Positions 50,315 to 62,735 of a stretch of 64,000 bases of DNA are shown one piece after another; the first letter of the stretch is position 1; each line of letters begins with the position of its first letter. The position numbers and the translations under genes are program-made. This DNA comes from Eledone cirrhosa (Eukaryota). The DNA is taken from positions 77,190,001 through 77,254,000 of the forward strand of contig OZ024746.1 in the NCBI GenBank assembly GCA_964016885.1, given 5' to 3'. The notes under the pieces are model-generated. The model was not told the DNA's origin, searched no databases, and worked only from the letters and a program-made list of their open reading frames with translations.

Positions 50315-52084
50315 GTAATTTTATAGATCTTTTTCTTTTTTCTTTTTTCTTTCACTAATATTGATTTCTAATTTAGGTACAAGACCAGCAAATTTGGGAG
50401 TAGAGCAAAGTTGATTAAATCAACCCTAGTACTTGACTGGTACTTTATTTTCTCGACACTGGAAGGATGAAGGACAATGTTGGCCTCAGCATGATTTGAA
50501 CTCAGAAAGTAAAGAGCCAGAACAAATACCACAATGGCATTTTATATGATGCTTTACCAATTCTGCCTATCGACCAGCTATTTTTCTTCTTCTGATCTTG
50601 AAATCTTCATCCTTGCGCTCTATTGGCCATGCCTCTCTCTGTCTCAAATAACTTGCTTTTTGTTTTATGGTTTCAGTTTATAATTTTAAATATTTATAAT
50701 TTAAAAACAAATTTTCTAATTCAGATTTTGTATTAATTTGCTTTTTTTTTAAATATTTTTGTCTCACAAACTCATGTCACATTATTCTTAAACTGGTACA
50801 GTAAAAGAGGAAAGGAAAAAGAATTATAATAATGTGAAAAACCAAACTGTCTGAAACCATCCCTAGTTCTATGATACAAAACTGTTTGTTTTAAAATGTT
50901 TATATTTAAACTTCCCATTATAATGTTATGTAAGAATCTTCAATTTGTGCTCCAAACATCAGCTTAATAATTAGAAAGTTAGTTACATTACTAAACCCCT
51001 CCAAATTTTTAAAAATTATTTTCAAAATTATTTGAAAATGACATGCTGTGTCTTTTATTATAAATATAGTATTTATTATAAATATAGTAATGAAAGGGTT
51101 AAACTAATTTATTTTACTTTTATAAAAACCACTGATCTATTTATTTCCTTCCTAAATTTTAAAACGTTGTAAAATTCAATAGATACAATTATTTTTCATT
51201 AACTTTCCTTCTTTTTTCTTGCCTTCAGTCACTGAAATGATTTCTAGTTTTATTTATTTTCCCTTCCTGCCCTTTTTTTTTTTCATCAAACCATTATTAA
51301 TATCTAAAGAACACCCCTTTATCCTGAAGCATTGTAAATAAGCATACACTTTTGATTTTTTATTTATTAGAAAATGAATAATACCACCACCACCATCACC
51401 ACCACCATTTCACAGGGAAAATGGACGTTTGATGGTGATGATGATGATATGCCTCTATACATTCATTGGTGAAAGTTCTTATTGCTTTTAGATAGTGTCA
51501 GAATCTTCCTCCATGATAACTTTAATGAATATAGTGTTTAAACTTTTTGGAACCAAACTGCCTGAATCCACCCATTGTTCTATGACAGAAAACTGTTTGT
51601 TTTAAAGCATTGATATTTATCTAAAAACCTACCATCATAATTTTATGTGAGAACCTTTGTTATGATCCAGACACTGGCTTCATACCAAGGTTAGTTAGTT
51701 ATACTAAATCACTCCAAAGTCTTGATTATTTTCAAAATTAATTTGAAACCATAGATAGTATCTTTCATGGTAAAGAAAAGGTTAAATAACACTTAGCACA
51801 AATCCAGCTTTCTGGGAAAGACAAATTAAAATGACTTCAAATAAATTTCTGTACTAATTAGTTTGTGATGATTACTATTTTAATTAGCAGTGAACACAGA
51901 ATAATGGAATCAAGTGCACTTTTAACAAATCTAATTTGTTGTATTCTTCAACAAAACCAAAAATCAAAAACCAACAACAACAAAAAGAAAAACTCAGTTT
52001 ATTAATAAATGTAACATGGAAGTTATTACAGATATGACAAAATGTGGCTAAGTGGTTAGGGTGTTGAATCCATGATCATAAGGC

Positions 52085-52410
52085 CTTCTTCGCCCACTTA
52101 TTCTTGAGCGGGTTGAGGGGGCAGAGTCCTCAAACACTCCTTCCAGCAGGTCCTATCAGAAGCAACCATCTCCAACTGATCTGGCTGGATCCCTAAGCGT
52201 GACCAGCCAAGCTCATGGATGTTATCCAACCATTTTGCTCGGGGTCTATCCCTGGGTCTCCTGCTGGTTGGTTTTGCTCATAAAACCTGTCCAGCAATTC
52301 TTTCCTGAGACATTCTAACCACATGCCCATAATATTGGAGCTGTGATCTCTCAATTCGGAGAAGTAGTGGCTCTAGCTGGTGTGACTCTCTGATCTACGA
52401 GCTACGCACT
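52085..52410 (-). mobile_element. RTE/Expander-like LINE 3' fragment inserted into a tRNA-SINE head
   Basis: Minus strand YGHVVRMSQERIAGQVL...RRPRDRPRAKWLDNIHELGW. Flanked by TAAGG on both sides, splitting the SINE at about 52040-52500. Confidence 0.65.
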
Positions 52411-52695
52411 AAGGTCATGGGATAAATTCCTAGACTGGGCAGCACATTGCTTTCTTCATTTTACATGTTTTTCATATTAGAACTGGATCTCCTATCATTA
52501 AAACAACCAAGAAACCTACGAGAAGGTCAGTTAAGCCTACATAAGAGTGAGCTGTAAATTTCATTTCATTTCATCTTTTTTTTCTTTTTTAAAGAAATAT
52601 AGTAACTATGAGTTAAAATGATTCTTTTAATAAATCACTGAATTTATTATCTTATTGGAAACAAATCTAAATTGTTATTAATTTAATATTTTTAG

Positions 52696-53187
52696 GTGGT
52701 GAGGACATTATTGAAGAGGACGATATGTTGACAGATGAATCTGATGATGACCTTGGCAGTTATTTGGAACATGATTCAGATTCCGATCTCTCTGACACAC
52801 TGATTGATGGCCAGGATTTGCCATCCAACTTCTCGTTAATTAGCAAAAACAACCAGCTGTTGACGAATGGTGCAGGACTCATTGATTTCCGTTCCAACAT
52901 TGCTGCAGTTGCTGCTGCTGCAGAAGCTGTCGCTGCTGCATCTGGTGTTAACGGCAGTTGGAATGTTAGGCATTCGAACTCTTGCAACTCTAATATTTGG
53001 ACTGATGCTGCCACTAATGTCAGCCTCGTCCATTTCTCTACTGAACTTTTGTCTACATCTGCAACATTCCTTGGACAGAAGTTGGAGCTCAATTTGAAGA
53101 ACTCTAAAGTGGGCATGTCTGATAACAGTGTGGATTACACTTTGTACAAAGACAATAACTATGAACTGAAGAATATGATGCTTTCTG
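52696..53187 (+). CDS. SMG5: SMG5 exon 14, acidic/Ala-rich linker (GGEDIIEEDDMLTDES...NYELKNMMLS)
   Basis: 492-nt open frame (ORF 52725..53345). tag|...G|gtacg. Phase 1-1 consistent. Confidence 0.85.
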
Positions 53188-53779
53188 GTACGTATTTATA
53201 TATTTTCAACTTTTATTTTTTTAAAATTACATTTTTTAAAAGTCTTTGGAGCAGTAATTTGTTATCATCATCATCATCATCATCATCATCATACGTCTGC
53301 TTTTCCCTGCTTGCAAGGGTAGGACGGGAACTGATACTGGTTTGATTTCTACAGCTGGATGCCCTTCCTAACACCAACCTCATTTACAGTGAGTACTGGG
53401 TCCTTTTTTTCCGTGGTGCCTACACGTCCACTTTACAGTGTGGGCTGGGTGCTTTTTTGCTGTGGCACCTCCACGGCCACTTTGCAGTGGAATGATAGGG
53501 ACCCCACTCCTATCATCTCATTTCTACAGCTGAGTAAACTGGAGCAATGTGAAATAAAGTGTCTTGCTCAAGGAAACAACACATCATCCGGTCTGAGAAT
53601 TGAACTCACAACCTTTCGATTGCAAGCCCAATGCTCTAACCACTAAGCCATATGCCTCCATGTCATCATCATCATTATCATCACTTCCTTCCTTGGGTAA
53701 GTGTCTTCTACTATATCCTTCAGAGTAACCAATGCCTTGTGTGAGTGGAGTTTGGTAGACAAATTGTATGAAGCTTATT

Positions 53780-54450
53780 GTGTGTGTGTGTATATAGGCA
53801 GTATTAGGAAGAGCATCTAGTGTGTGTGTGTGTGTGTATATAGGCAGTATTAGGAAGAGCATCTAGTGTGTGGGTGTGTGTGTTTATAGGCAGTATTAGG
53901 AAGGGCATCCTGTATGTATAGGCAGTATTAGGAAGAACATCTAGTGTGTGTGTGTGTGTTTATAGGCAGTATTAGGAAGGGCATCCTGTATGTATAGGCA
54001 GTATTAGGAAGAACATCTAGTGTCTGTGTGTGTGTTTATAGGCAGTATTAGGAAGGGCATCCTGTATGTATAGGCAGTACTAGGAAGAACATCTAGTGTG
54101 TGTGTGTGTGTTTATAGGCAGTATTAGGAAGGGCATCCTGTATGTATAGGCAGTACTAGGAAGAACATCTAGTGTGTGTGTGTGTGTTTATAGGCAGTAT
54201 TAGGAAGGGCATCCTGTATGTATAGGCAGTATTAGGAAGAGCATCTAGTGTGTGTGTGTTTATAGGTAGTATTAGGAAGGGCATCCTGTGTGCATGTATA
54301 GGCAGTATTAGGAAGAACATCTAGAGTGTGTGTGTGTGTTTATAGGCAGTATTAGGAAGGGCATCCTGTATGTATAGGCAGTATTAGGAAGAACATCTAG
54401 TGTGTGTGTGTGTGTGTGGACAGGTAGTATTAGCCAGGGCATCCAGCTCT
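53780..54450. repeat. Compound minisatellite, dimeric unit of about 75 bp with (GT)n spacers
   Basis: TATAGGCAGTATTAGGAAGGGCATCCTG alternates with TATAGGCAGTATTAGGAAGAACATCTAG(TG)n. Confidence 0.92.
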
Positions 54451-55016
54451 AGAAAGCATACCATTTCTGGAACATATCAAGATCAGTTCACTGTGGCCTT
54501 TCCTGTCTTAGACTGTAACAACCTGTCCAATCGATGCTAGCATGGAAGAATGGAAGCAAAAAACAATGACAACAATGGTGATGAATAATAATAATAATAA
54601 TGAAGGACCGTGACAAGTGGAGAGATGCTGTGCTGAATAGGACCCGTCCCACCCTTGCAAGCAGGGAAAAACGGCGCAAAATGATGATGATGATGATGAT
54701 TGTGTACAGTGCTCAGGTGCACTACAATTCATCAAAGATGCATGTATAGTACATAGTATAATGTACAAATGTCAAAGTGAACAGTGTATGAGTCGTGATA
54801 TACACACAGATATATGTGTGCATGTGTATGGAGGAGGAATACCGGGTGTAGTGTTAGTGAATTTCGGGAAGGATGATGATATAGTTGAATTTTAATTTGA
54901 GTTATTTAACATTTGGTGTTTGCTGTTGATTTGTTGTTTCTGCCAAACCGACTCGATTGAAAATGTCTCTTGATATCATGACTACCACTGATGTATTCTT
55001 ATTAACTCATTGCTAG

Positions 55017-55121
55017 GTTATAACTCTGTAGAAGATTGGCATTCAGCTGAAATAACGCAGAAGCTTCATGATTTTGTGATAGAAACTGATACCGAAACTA
55101 GCCGTGGACCTACTGACACTG
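55017..55121 (+). CDS. SMG5: SMG5 exon 15 (GYNSVEDWHSAEITQKLHDFVIETDTETSRGPTDT)
   Basis: tag|...G|gtgag, 105 nt, open and phase-consistent. Confidence 0.78.
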
Positions 55122-55239
55122 GTGAGAATTCTAACCACTTATTTATAACCATTTTTTAGTTCACTCAACAGCAACATTCTCTCTTATTTCCCCAACCACT
55201 GGGTAGAATCTTTGATGTTTTGGGCAAAATATTTCAAAT

Positions 55240-55535
55240 GTAAAGCTACTCTGCAACAACATTTGAAAGCCGCTGCACAGCAATGGTTCAAAGTGACTGC
55301 GCAGCAACATTTGAAAGCCTCAATACAGCAAGATTTCAAAGCCACTGTACTGCAACATTACAATTATATTGTGCTGCAACGTTTCAATGCTACTGTTCAA
55401 ATTGACTGCGCAGCAACAGTTCAAAGCCACTGTGCAGCCGTTCAAATTGACTGCACAGCAATATTTCAAAGTGGCTGCACAGCAACAGCTCAAAGCTACT
55501 GTGTTGCAACAATTCAGCTTTACAGAGCAACATTT
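55240..55535. repeat. Degenerate 24-bp tandem repeat, about 12 copies
   Basis: Consensus approximately GCCACTGCACAGCAACATTTCAAA. Confidence 0.75.
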
Positions 55536-55813
55536 TGATGAGAGCAGAACTAATTAGTATGTTTGAGTTTTATGCATTCTAAGTTGCCGAGGTCACCTTT
55601 GCCTTTAGTCCTTTCAGAGGTCGATTAAATGAAATGTTTTAAAGTGTATAATATATTTACCAAAAAAAACCTTCCTTCATAATTTTGTTAAATTATGCTC
55701 CAAACACCAACTAAATAATGAGATAATTATTTTATAAAATCCCTTCAAAGTCTAAATTATTTTCAATACTATTTGAAAGTCATAGGCAATGTTTTTCAAT
55801 AGTAACAAAAGGG

Positions 55814-56041
55814 TTAACCCTTTAGCATTTAAACCGGCTGTATCCAGCCAGAATTCTTTCACCTCTTTCTGTTCAAACTGGCTGTAACTGGCCACTAATA
55901 CTGATGTTAAGGTATTGCTCTCAAAATAAATAATATCAAAATCTCATAGATTCGATATTATATGAAATATTATGTGAGATAAAGCCTTTACTGCGAAAAT
56001 TCAATAGTATATATAGAGTAATGGAAATGCTAAAGGGTTAA
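55814..56041. mobile_element. piggyBac-type MITE family A (about 200-230 bp). Other copies: 15401-15620, 20618-20835, 22308-22500, 32535-32763, 38040-38252, 47979-48170, 56460-56759
   Basis: TTAA|CCCTTTAGCATTT ... AAATGCTAAAGGG|TTAA termini with a shared body. Both orientations occur. Confidence 0.82.
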
Positions 56042-56111
56042 ACTTAATTTATTTTATCATTTTATTTATTTGAGTGATTGTCTTTGATTTAAATATTGCT
56101 TTTCTTTTCAG

Positions 56112-56166
56112 AAATGTCCAGTGCTCTGAGTGAAACAGATGCTGAGGGAGATACCCAATTAGATAG
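56112..56166 (+). CDS. SMG5: SMG5 exon 16 (EMSSALSETDAEGDTQLDR)
   Basis: Strong polypyrimidine cag| acceptor, AG|gtaaa donor, 55 nt. Needed to convert phase 1 to the phase 2 of exon 17. Confidence 0.8.
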
Positions 56167-56982
56167 GTAAATACTCATGTTTTTTTTTATAGCAATCAGA
56201 TCATTATGTAAAATTTAAAATTTAAAATTTAAATAGAAATAGAAGGCTTTGTTCTAACGTTTGACTAAATAAAATGGCCTTAATAACAGGGTGTATAAAC
56301 CCACTGACCAGAAAAAGATGGGTATCAGAACACATGGGATACCCATCTTTTTCTGTTCAGTAGGTTTATATGCTCCATTATTAAAACCACTTTATTTAGT
56401 CAAATGTTATGCAAAGTCATCTATTTTTATTTCAATTTTTAAACTTTGTTCACCATTTTCTAACTCTTTAGTATTTGCATTACTTTATATATACTATTGT
56501 ATTTTTGTGGTAAATGCTTTACCTCATATAATTATCTCACATAATATCGAATCTATGAGATTTTGATATTATTTATTTTGAGAACAATACTTTAACCCTT
56601 TAGCATTTAAACCGGCCATATCCAGCCAGAATTCTCTCACCTCTTTCTTTTCAAACCGGCCATAACTGGCTGCTCATACATTAGAATGAATGGCTGGTTA
56701 TAGCTTATTTGAACAGAAAGGTGAGAGAATTCTGGCTGGATTAAATGCTAAAGAGTTAAACAAATTTCAAAGCTTCATTAATATTTCTGATAAAACAAAA
56801 CCAAGGGTCCCTATTTAAATAAAAATTTTTTAATATATTATTTGAAAATTATGCGTGTGTATGTATGTATATATATATAATTGTGTGTGTGTGTATATGT
56901 ATATATATATATATATGATATGGCATTTAACAGTTATGGTTATATATGTATATGAATGGATGTATATCTTCATTTAATTCAG

Positions 56983-57112
56983 GAATGAAAATGACCATCT
57001 ACATTTACAACATGTCATTGAAGTAATTCAAAATGAAGGCTTGCTCCATGTTGTCAAAGTGTTGTGTGACTGGATGAAGTGTCATGCCAGCGTGATCACA
57101 ACCTGTGCACAG
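56983..57112 (+). CDS. SMG5: SMG5 exon 17 (NENDHLHLQHVIEVIQNEGLLHVVKVLCDWMKCHASVITTCAQ); gene continues beyond the window
   Basis: EGLL..VKV..DW....CAQ motif of SMG5. cag|...CAG|gtaag, 130 nt. Confidence 0.93.
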
Positions 57113-57166
57113 GTAAGTTCATATACCTTAATATATTTATTCTATCTATCTATCTGTCTGTCCATC

Positions 57167-57490
57167 TGGTAGTGTTGGTAACACAATAAAATGCACACAG
57201 TACAGTCTGTAGAGTGGTAGTGTTGGTGCAACAATAAAATGCACACAGTACACTCTGCCAAGTGGTAGTGCCAGCACTATGGTAAAATATACGTGTGGTA
57301 GTGCCAGTGCCACAATAAAATGCATCTAGTTCATGCTATAAGTTGGTAGTGCCAGTGCCACAATAAAATGCATCTAGTTCATGCTATAAGTTGGTAGTGC
57401 CAGTGCCACAATAAAATGCACCAGTACACCCTGTAAAGTGATAGTGCTGGTACTACAATAACATGCACGTAGGGCATGCTATAAAGTGAT
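57167..57490. repeat. SINE-derived tandem repeat of about 48 bp
   Basis: TGGTAGTGCCAGTGCCACAATAAAATGCA... repeated, running into AGGAAAGGCATCC. Confidence 0.8.
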
Positions 57491-58164
57491 TGGCTTTAGG
57501 AAAGGCATCCTGCAATAGAAACCATGCCAAAAATGGGTGTATCTGCAAAGCAATCATTCGACTTGTCTAGTCACAGAACATGACAACCCATCCAACCTAG
57601 GGTGCATTTTATTGAGGCATCAGCATTACCACTTTTCAACACTAAGGTGCTTGTAACATCTGCCAGGCTGAAAGTACAGTGACTGGGTGTTTGGAGTGAT
57701 GAGAGGGGCTAGACTACATACTGCTTGCCAGGGGAGTGAGTGATGTCTGGCAGTATATTGCGGGTTGCTTGATTATTGTTTTTGACATATTTCTGTAAAA
57801 GTAGTTGAGTTAGGAATTCTCACCGCTTCTGCCATTGTCTTCCTTGGTCTTCTACTGTAGCTTCCTTCCACTTGGATCTCTGGGCACTTCTTCATCCATT
57901 GATCATCATGCATTCATTCATCACATGTCCATACCAGCTCCAAGCATAGAAATTAAAAGACCTCCGTTGATATTTTCCAGCAGGAAATGGATCATTTTGT
58001 TCTTGGCATTCCCCCTATCTTAGGTCTTCCTCTACTACATCTTCATTCCACTGGGATCTTTCAGCACCTTTGCACCCAACCATCATTGTCCATATACATC
58101 ACATGCCCATACCTGCTTCAAGCATTGAAATTAAAAGATCTCTGTTTATATTTTCAAATAGGAA

Positions 58165-61100
58165 TTGGATCATTCTTTCTTGTCACTCCTCTGGCTGTGG
58201 TCTTCTATTGTAGCTTACTTCCACTGGGATCTTTCTATCTTGTCACTCCTCTGTCTGTGGTCTTCTATTGTAGCTTACTTCCACTGGGATCATTCTATCT
58301 TGTCACTCCTCTGTCTGTGGTCTTCTATTGTAGCTTACTTCCACTGGGATCATTCTATCTTGTCACTCCTCTGTCTGTGGTCTTCTATTGTAGCTTACTT
58401 CCACTGGGATCATTCTATCTTGTCACTCCTCTGTCTGTGGTCTTCTATTGTAGCTTACTTCCACTGGGATCATTCTTTCTTGTCACTCCTCTGTCTGTGG
58501 TCTTCTATTGTAGCTTACTTCCACTGGGATCTTTCTATCTTGTCACTCCTCTGTTTGTGGTCTTCTATTGTAGCTTACTTCCACTGGGATCATTCTATCT
58601 TGTCACTCCTCTGTCTGTGGTCTTCTATTGTAGCTTACTTCCACTGGGATCTTTCTATCTTGTCACTCCTCTGTCTGTGGTCTTCTATTGTAGCTTACTT
58701 CCACTGGGATCATTCTATCTTGTCACTCCTCTGTCTGTGGTCTTCTATTGTAGCTTACTTCCACTGGGATCATTCTATCTTGTCACTCCTCTGTCTGTGG
58801 TCTTCTATTGTAGCTTACTTCCAGTGGGATCATTCTATCTTGTCACTCCTCTGTCTGTGGTCTTCTATTGTAGCTTACTTCCACTGGGATCATTCTATCT
58901 TGTCACTCCTCTGTCTGTGGTCTTCTATTGTAGCTTACTTCCACTGGGATCTTTCTATCTTGTCACTCCTCTGTCTGTGGTCTTCTATTGTAGCTTACTT
59001 TCACTGGGATCATTCTATCTTGTCACTCCTCTGTCTGCGGTCTTCTATTGTAGCTTACTTCCACTGGGATCTTTCTATCTTGTCACTCCTCTGTTCATGG
59101 TCTTCTATTGTAGCTTACTTCCACTGGGATCATTCTATCTTGTCACTCCTCTGTCTGTGGTCTTCTATTGTAGCTTACTTCCACTGGGATCAATCTATCT
59201 TGTCACTCCTCTGTCTGTGGTCTTCTATTGTAGCTTACTTCCACTGGGATCTTTCTATCTTGTCACTCCTCTGTCTGTGGTCTTCTATTGTAGCTTACTT
59301 CCACTGGGATCATTCTATCTTGTCACTCCTCTGTCTGTGGTCTTCTATTGTAGCTTACTTCCACTGGGATCATTCTATCTTGTCACTCCTCTGTCTGTGG
59401 TCTTCTATTGTAGCTTACTTCCACTGGGATCATTCTATCTTGTCACTCCTCTGTCGGTGGTCTTCTATTGTAGCTTACTTCCACTGGGATCATTCTATCT
59501 TGTCACACCTCTGTCCATGGTCTTCTATTGTAGCTTACTTCCACTGGGATCATTCTATCTTGTCACTCCTCTGTCCATGGTCTTCTATTGTAGCTTACTT
59601 CCACTGGGATCATTCTATCTTGTCACTCCTCTGTCCATGGTCTTCTATTGTAGCTTACTTCCACTGGGATCATTCTATCTTGTCACTCCTCTGTCTGTGG
59701 TCTTCTATTGTAGCTTACTTCCACTGGGATCATTCTATCTTGTCACTCCTCTGTCTGTGGTCTTCTATTGTAGCTTACTTCCACTGGGATCATTCTATCT
59801 TGTCACTCCTCTGTCTGTGGTCTTCTATTGTAGCTTACTTCCACTGGGATCATTCTATCTTGTCACTCCTCTGTCTGTGGTCTTCTATTGTAGCTTACTT
59901 CCACTGGGATCATTCTATCTTGTCACTCCTCTGTCTGTGGTCTTCTATTGTAGCTTACTTCCACTGGGATCATTCTATCTTGTCACTCCTCTGTCTGTGG
60001 TCTTCTATTGTAGCTTACTTCCACTGGGATCATTCTATCTTGTCACTCCTCTGTCTGTGGTCTTCTATTGTAGCTTACTTCCACTGGGATCTTTCTATCT
60101 TGTCACTCCTCTGTCTGTGGTCTTCTATTGTAGCTTACTTCCACTGGGATCTTTCTATCTTGTCACTCCTCTGTCTGTGGTCTTCTATTGTAGCTTACTT
60201 CCACTGGGATCATTCTTTCTTGTCACTCCTCTGTCTGTGGTCTTCTATTGTAGCTTACTTCCACTGGGATCTTTCTATCTTGTCACTCCTCTGTCTGTGG
60301 TCTTCTATTGTAGCTTACTTCCACTGGGATCATTCTTTCTTGTCACTCCTCTGTCTGTGGTCTTCTATTGTAGCTTACTTCCACTGGGATCTTTCTATCT
60401 TGTCACTCCTCTGTCTGTGGTCTTCTATTGTAGCTTACTTCCACTGGGATCATTCTATCTTGTCACTACTCTGTCTGTGGTCTTCTATTGTAGCTTACTT
60501 CCACTGGGATCATTCTATCTTGTCACTCCTCTGTCTGTGGTCTTCTGTTGTAGCTTACTTCCACTGGGATCATTCTATCTTGTCACTCCTGTCTGTGGTC
60601 TTCTATTGTAGCTTACTTCCACTGGGATCATTCTTTCTTTTCACTCCTCTGTCTGTGGTCTTCTATTGTAGCTTACTTCCACTGGGATCATTCTATCTTG
60701 TCACTCCTCTGTCCATGGTCTTCTATTGTAGCTTACTTCCACTGGGATCATTCTATCTTGTCACTCCTCTGTCTGTGGTCTTCTATTGTAGCTTACTTCC
60801 ACTGGGATCATTCTATCTTGTCACTCCTCTGTCTGTGGTCTTCTATTGTAGCTTACTTCCACTGGGATCATTCTATCTTGTCACTCCTCTGTCTGTGGTC
60901 TTCTATTGTAGCTTACTTCCACTGGGATCATTCTATCTTGTCACTCCTCTGTCTGTGGTCTTCTATTGTAGCTTACTTCCACTGGGATCATTCTATCTTG
61001 TCACTCCTCTGTCTGTGGTCTTCTATTGTAGCTTACTTCCACTGGGATCATTCTATCTTGTCACTCCTCTGTCTGTGGTCTTCTATTGTAGCTTACTTCC

Positions 61101-62735
61101 ACTGGGATCATTCTATCTTGTCACTCCTCTGTCTGTGGTCTTCTATTGTAGCTTACTTCCACTGGGATCTTTCTATCTTGTCACTCCTCTGTCTGTGGTC
61201 TTCTATTGTAGCTTACTTCCACTGGGATCTTTCTATCTTGTCACTCCTCTGTCTGTGGTCTTCTATTGTAGCTTACTTCCACTGGGATCATTCTTTCTTG
61301 TCACTCCTCTGTCTGTGGTCTTCTATTGTAGCTTACTTCCACTGGGATCTTTCTATCTTGTCACTCCTCTGTCTGTGGTCTTCTATTGTAGCTTACTTCC
61401 ACTGGGATCATTCTTTCTTGTCACTCCTCTGTCTCTGGTCTTCTATTGTAGCTTACTTCCACTGGGATCTTTCTATCTTGTCACTCCTCTGTCTGTGGTC
61501 TTCTATTGTAGCTTACTTCCACTGGGATCATTCTATCTTGTCACTCCTCTGTCTGTGGTCTTCTATTGTAGCTTACTTCCACTGGGATCATTCTATCTTG
61601 TCACTCCTCTGTCTGTGGTCTTCTGTTGTAGCTTACTTCCACTGGGATCATTCTATCTTGTCACTCCTCTGTCTGTGGTCTTCTATTGTAGCTTACTTCC
61701 ACTGGGATCATTCTTTCTTTTCACTCCTCTGTCTGTGGTCTTCTATTGTAGCTTACTTCCACTGGGATCATTCTATCTTGTCACTCCTCTGTCTGTGGTC
61801 TTCTATTGTAGCTTACTTCCACTGGGATCTTTCTATCTTGTCACTCCTCTGTCTGTGGTCTTCTATTGTAGCTTACTTCCACTGGGATCTTTCTATCTTG
61901 TCACTCCTCTGTCTGTGGTCTTCTATTGTAGCTTACTTCCACTGGGATCTTTCTATCTTGTCATTCCTCTGTCTGTGGTCTTCTATTGTAGCTTACTTCC
62001 ACTGGGATCATTCTTTCTTGTCACTCCTCTGTCCGTGGTCTTCTATTGTAGCTTACTTCCACTGGGATCATTCTTTCTTGTCACTCCTCTGTCCATGGTC
62101 TTCTATTCTAGCTTACTTCCACTGGGATCTTTCTTTCTTGTCACTCCTCTGTCCATGGTCTTCTATTGTAGCTTACTTCCACTGGGATCTTTCTATCTTG
62201 TCACTCCTCTGTCCATGGTCTTCTATTGTAGCTTACTTCCACTGGGATCATTCTTTCTTGTCACTCCTCTGTCTGTGGTCTTCTATTGTAGCTTACTTCC
62301 ACTGGGATCTTTCTTTCTTGTCACTCCTCTGTCTGTGGTCTTCTATTGTAGCTTACTTCCACTGGGATCTTTCTTTTTTGTCACTCCTCTGTCTGTGGTC
62401 TTCTATTGTAGCTTACTTCCACTGGGATCTTTCTATCTTGTCACTCCTCTGTCTGTGGTCTTCTATTGTAGCTTACTTCCACTGGGATCTTTCTATCTTG
62501 TCACTCCTCTGTCTGTGGTCTTCTATTGTAGCTTACTTCCACTGGGATCTTTCTATCTTGTCACTCCTCTGTCTGTGGTCTTCTATAGTAGCTTACTTCC
62601 ACTGGGATCATTCTTTCTTGTCACTCCTCTGTCCATGGTCTTCTATTGTAGCTTACTTCCACTGGGATCTTTCTATCTTGTCACTCCTCTGTCTGTGGTC
62701 TTCTATTGTAGCTTACTTCCACTGGGATCTTTCTG
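58165..62735. repeat. 60-bp minisatellite, about 76 near-identical copies, in SMG5 intron 17
   Basis: Unit GGATCATTCTATCTTGTCACTCCTCTGTCTGTGGTCTTCTATTGTAGCTTACTTCCACTG. One 2-bp deletion near 60590. Confidence 0.98.

Noticed and set aside
58165-62735. CRISPR-like array
   Set aside because: Units are contiguous with no unique spacers, no cas genes are present, and the context is eukaryotic.
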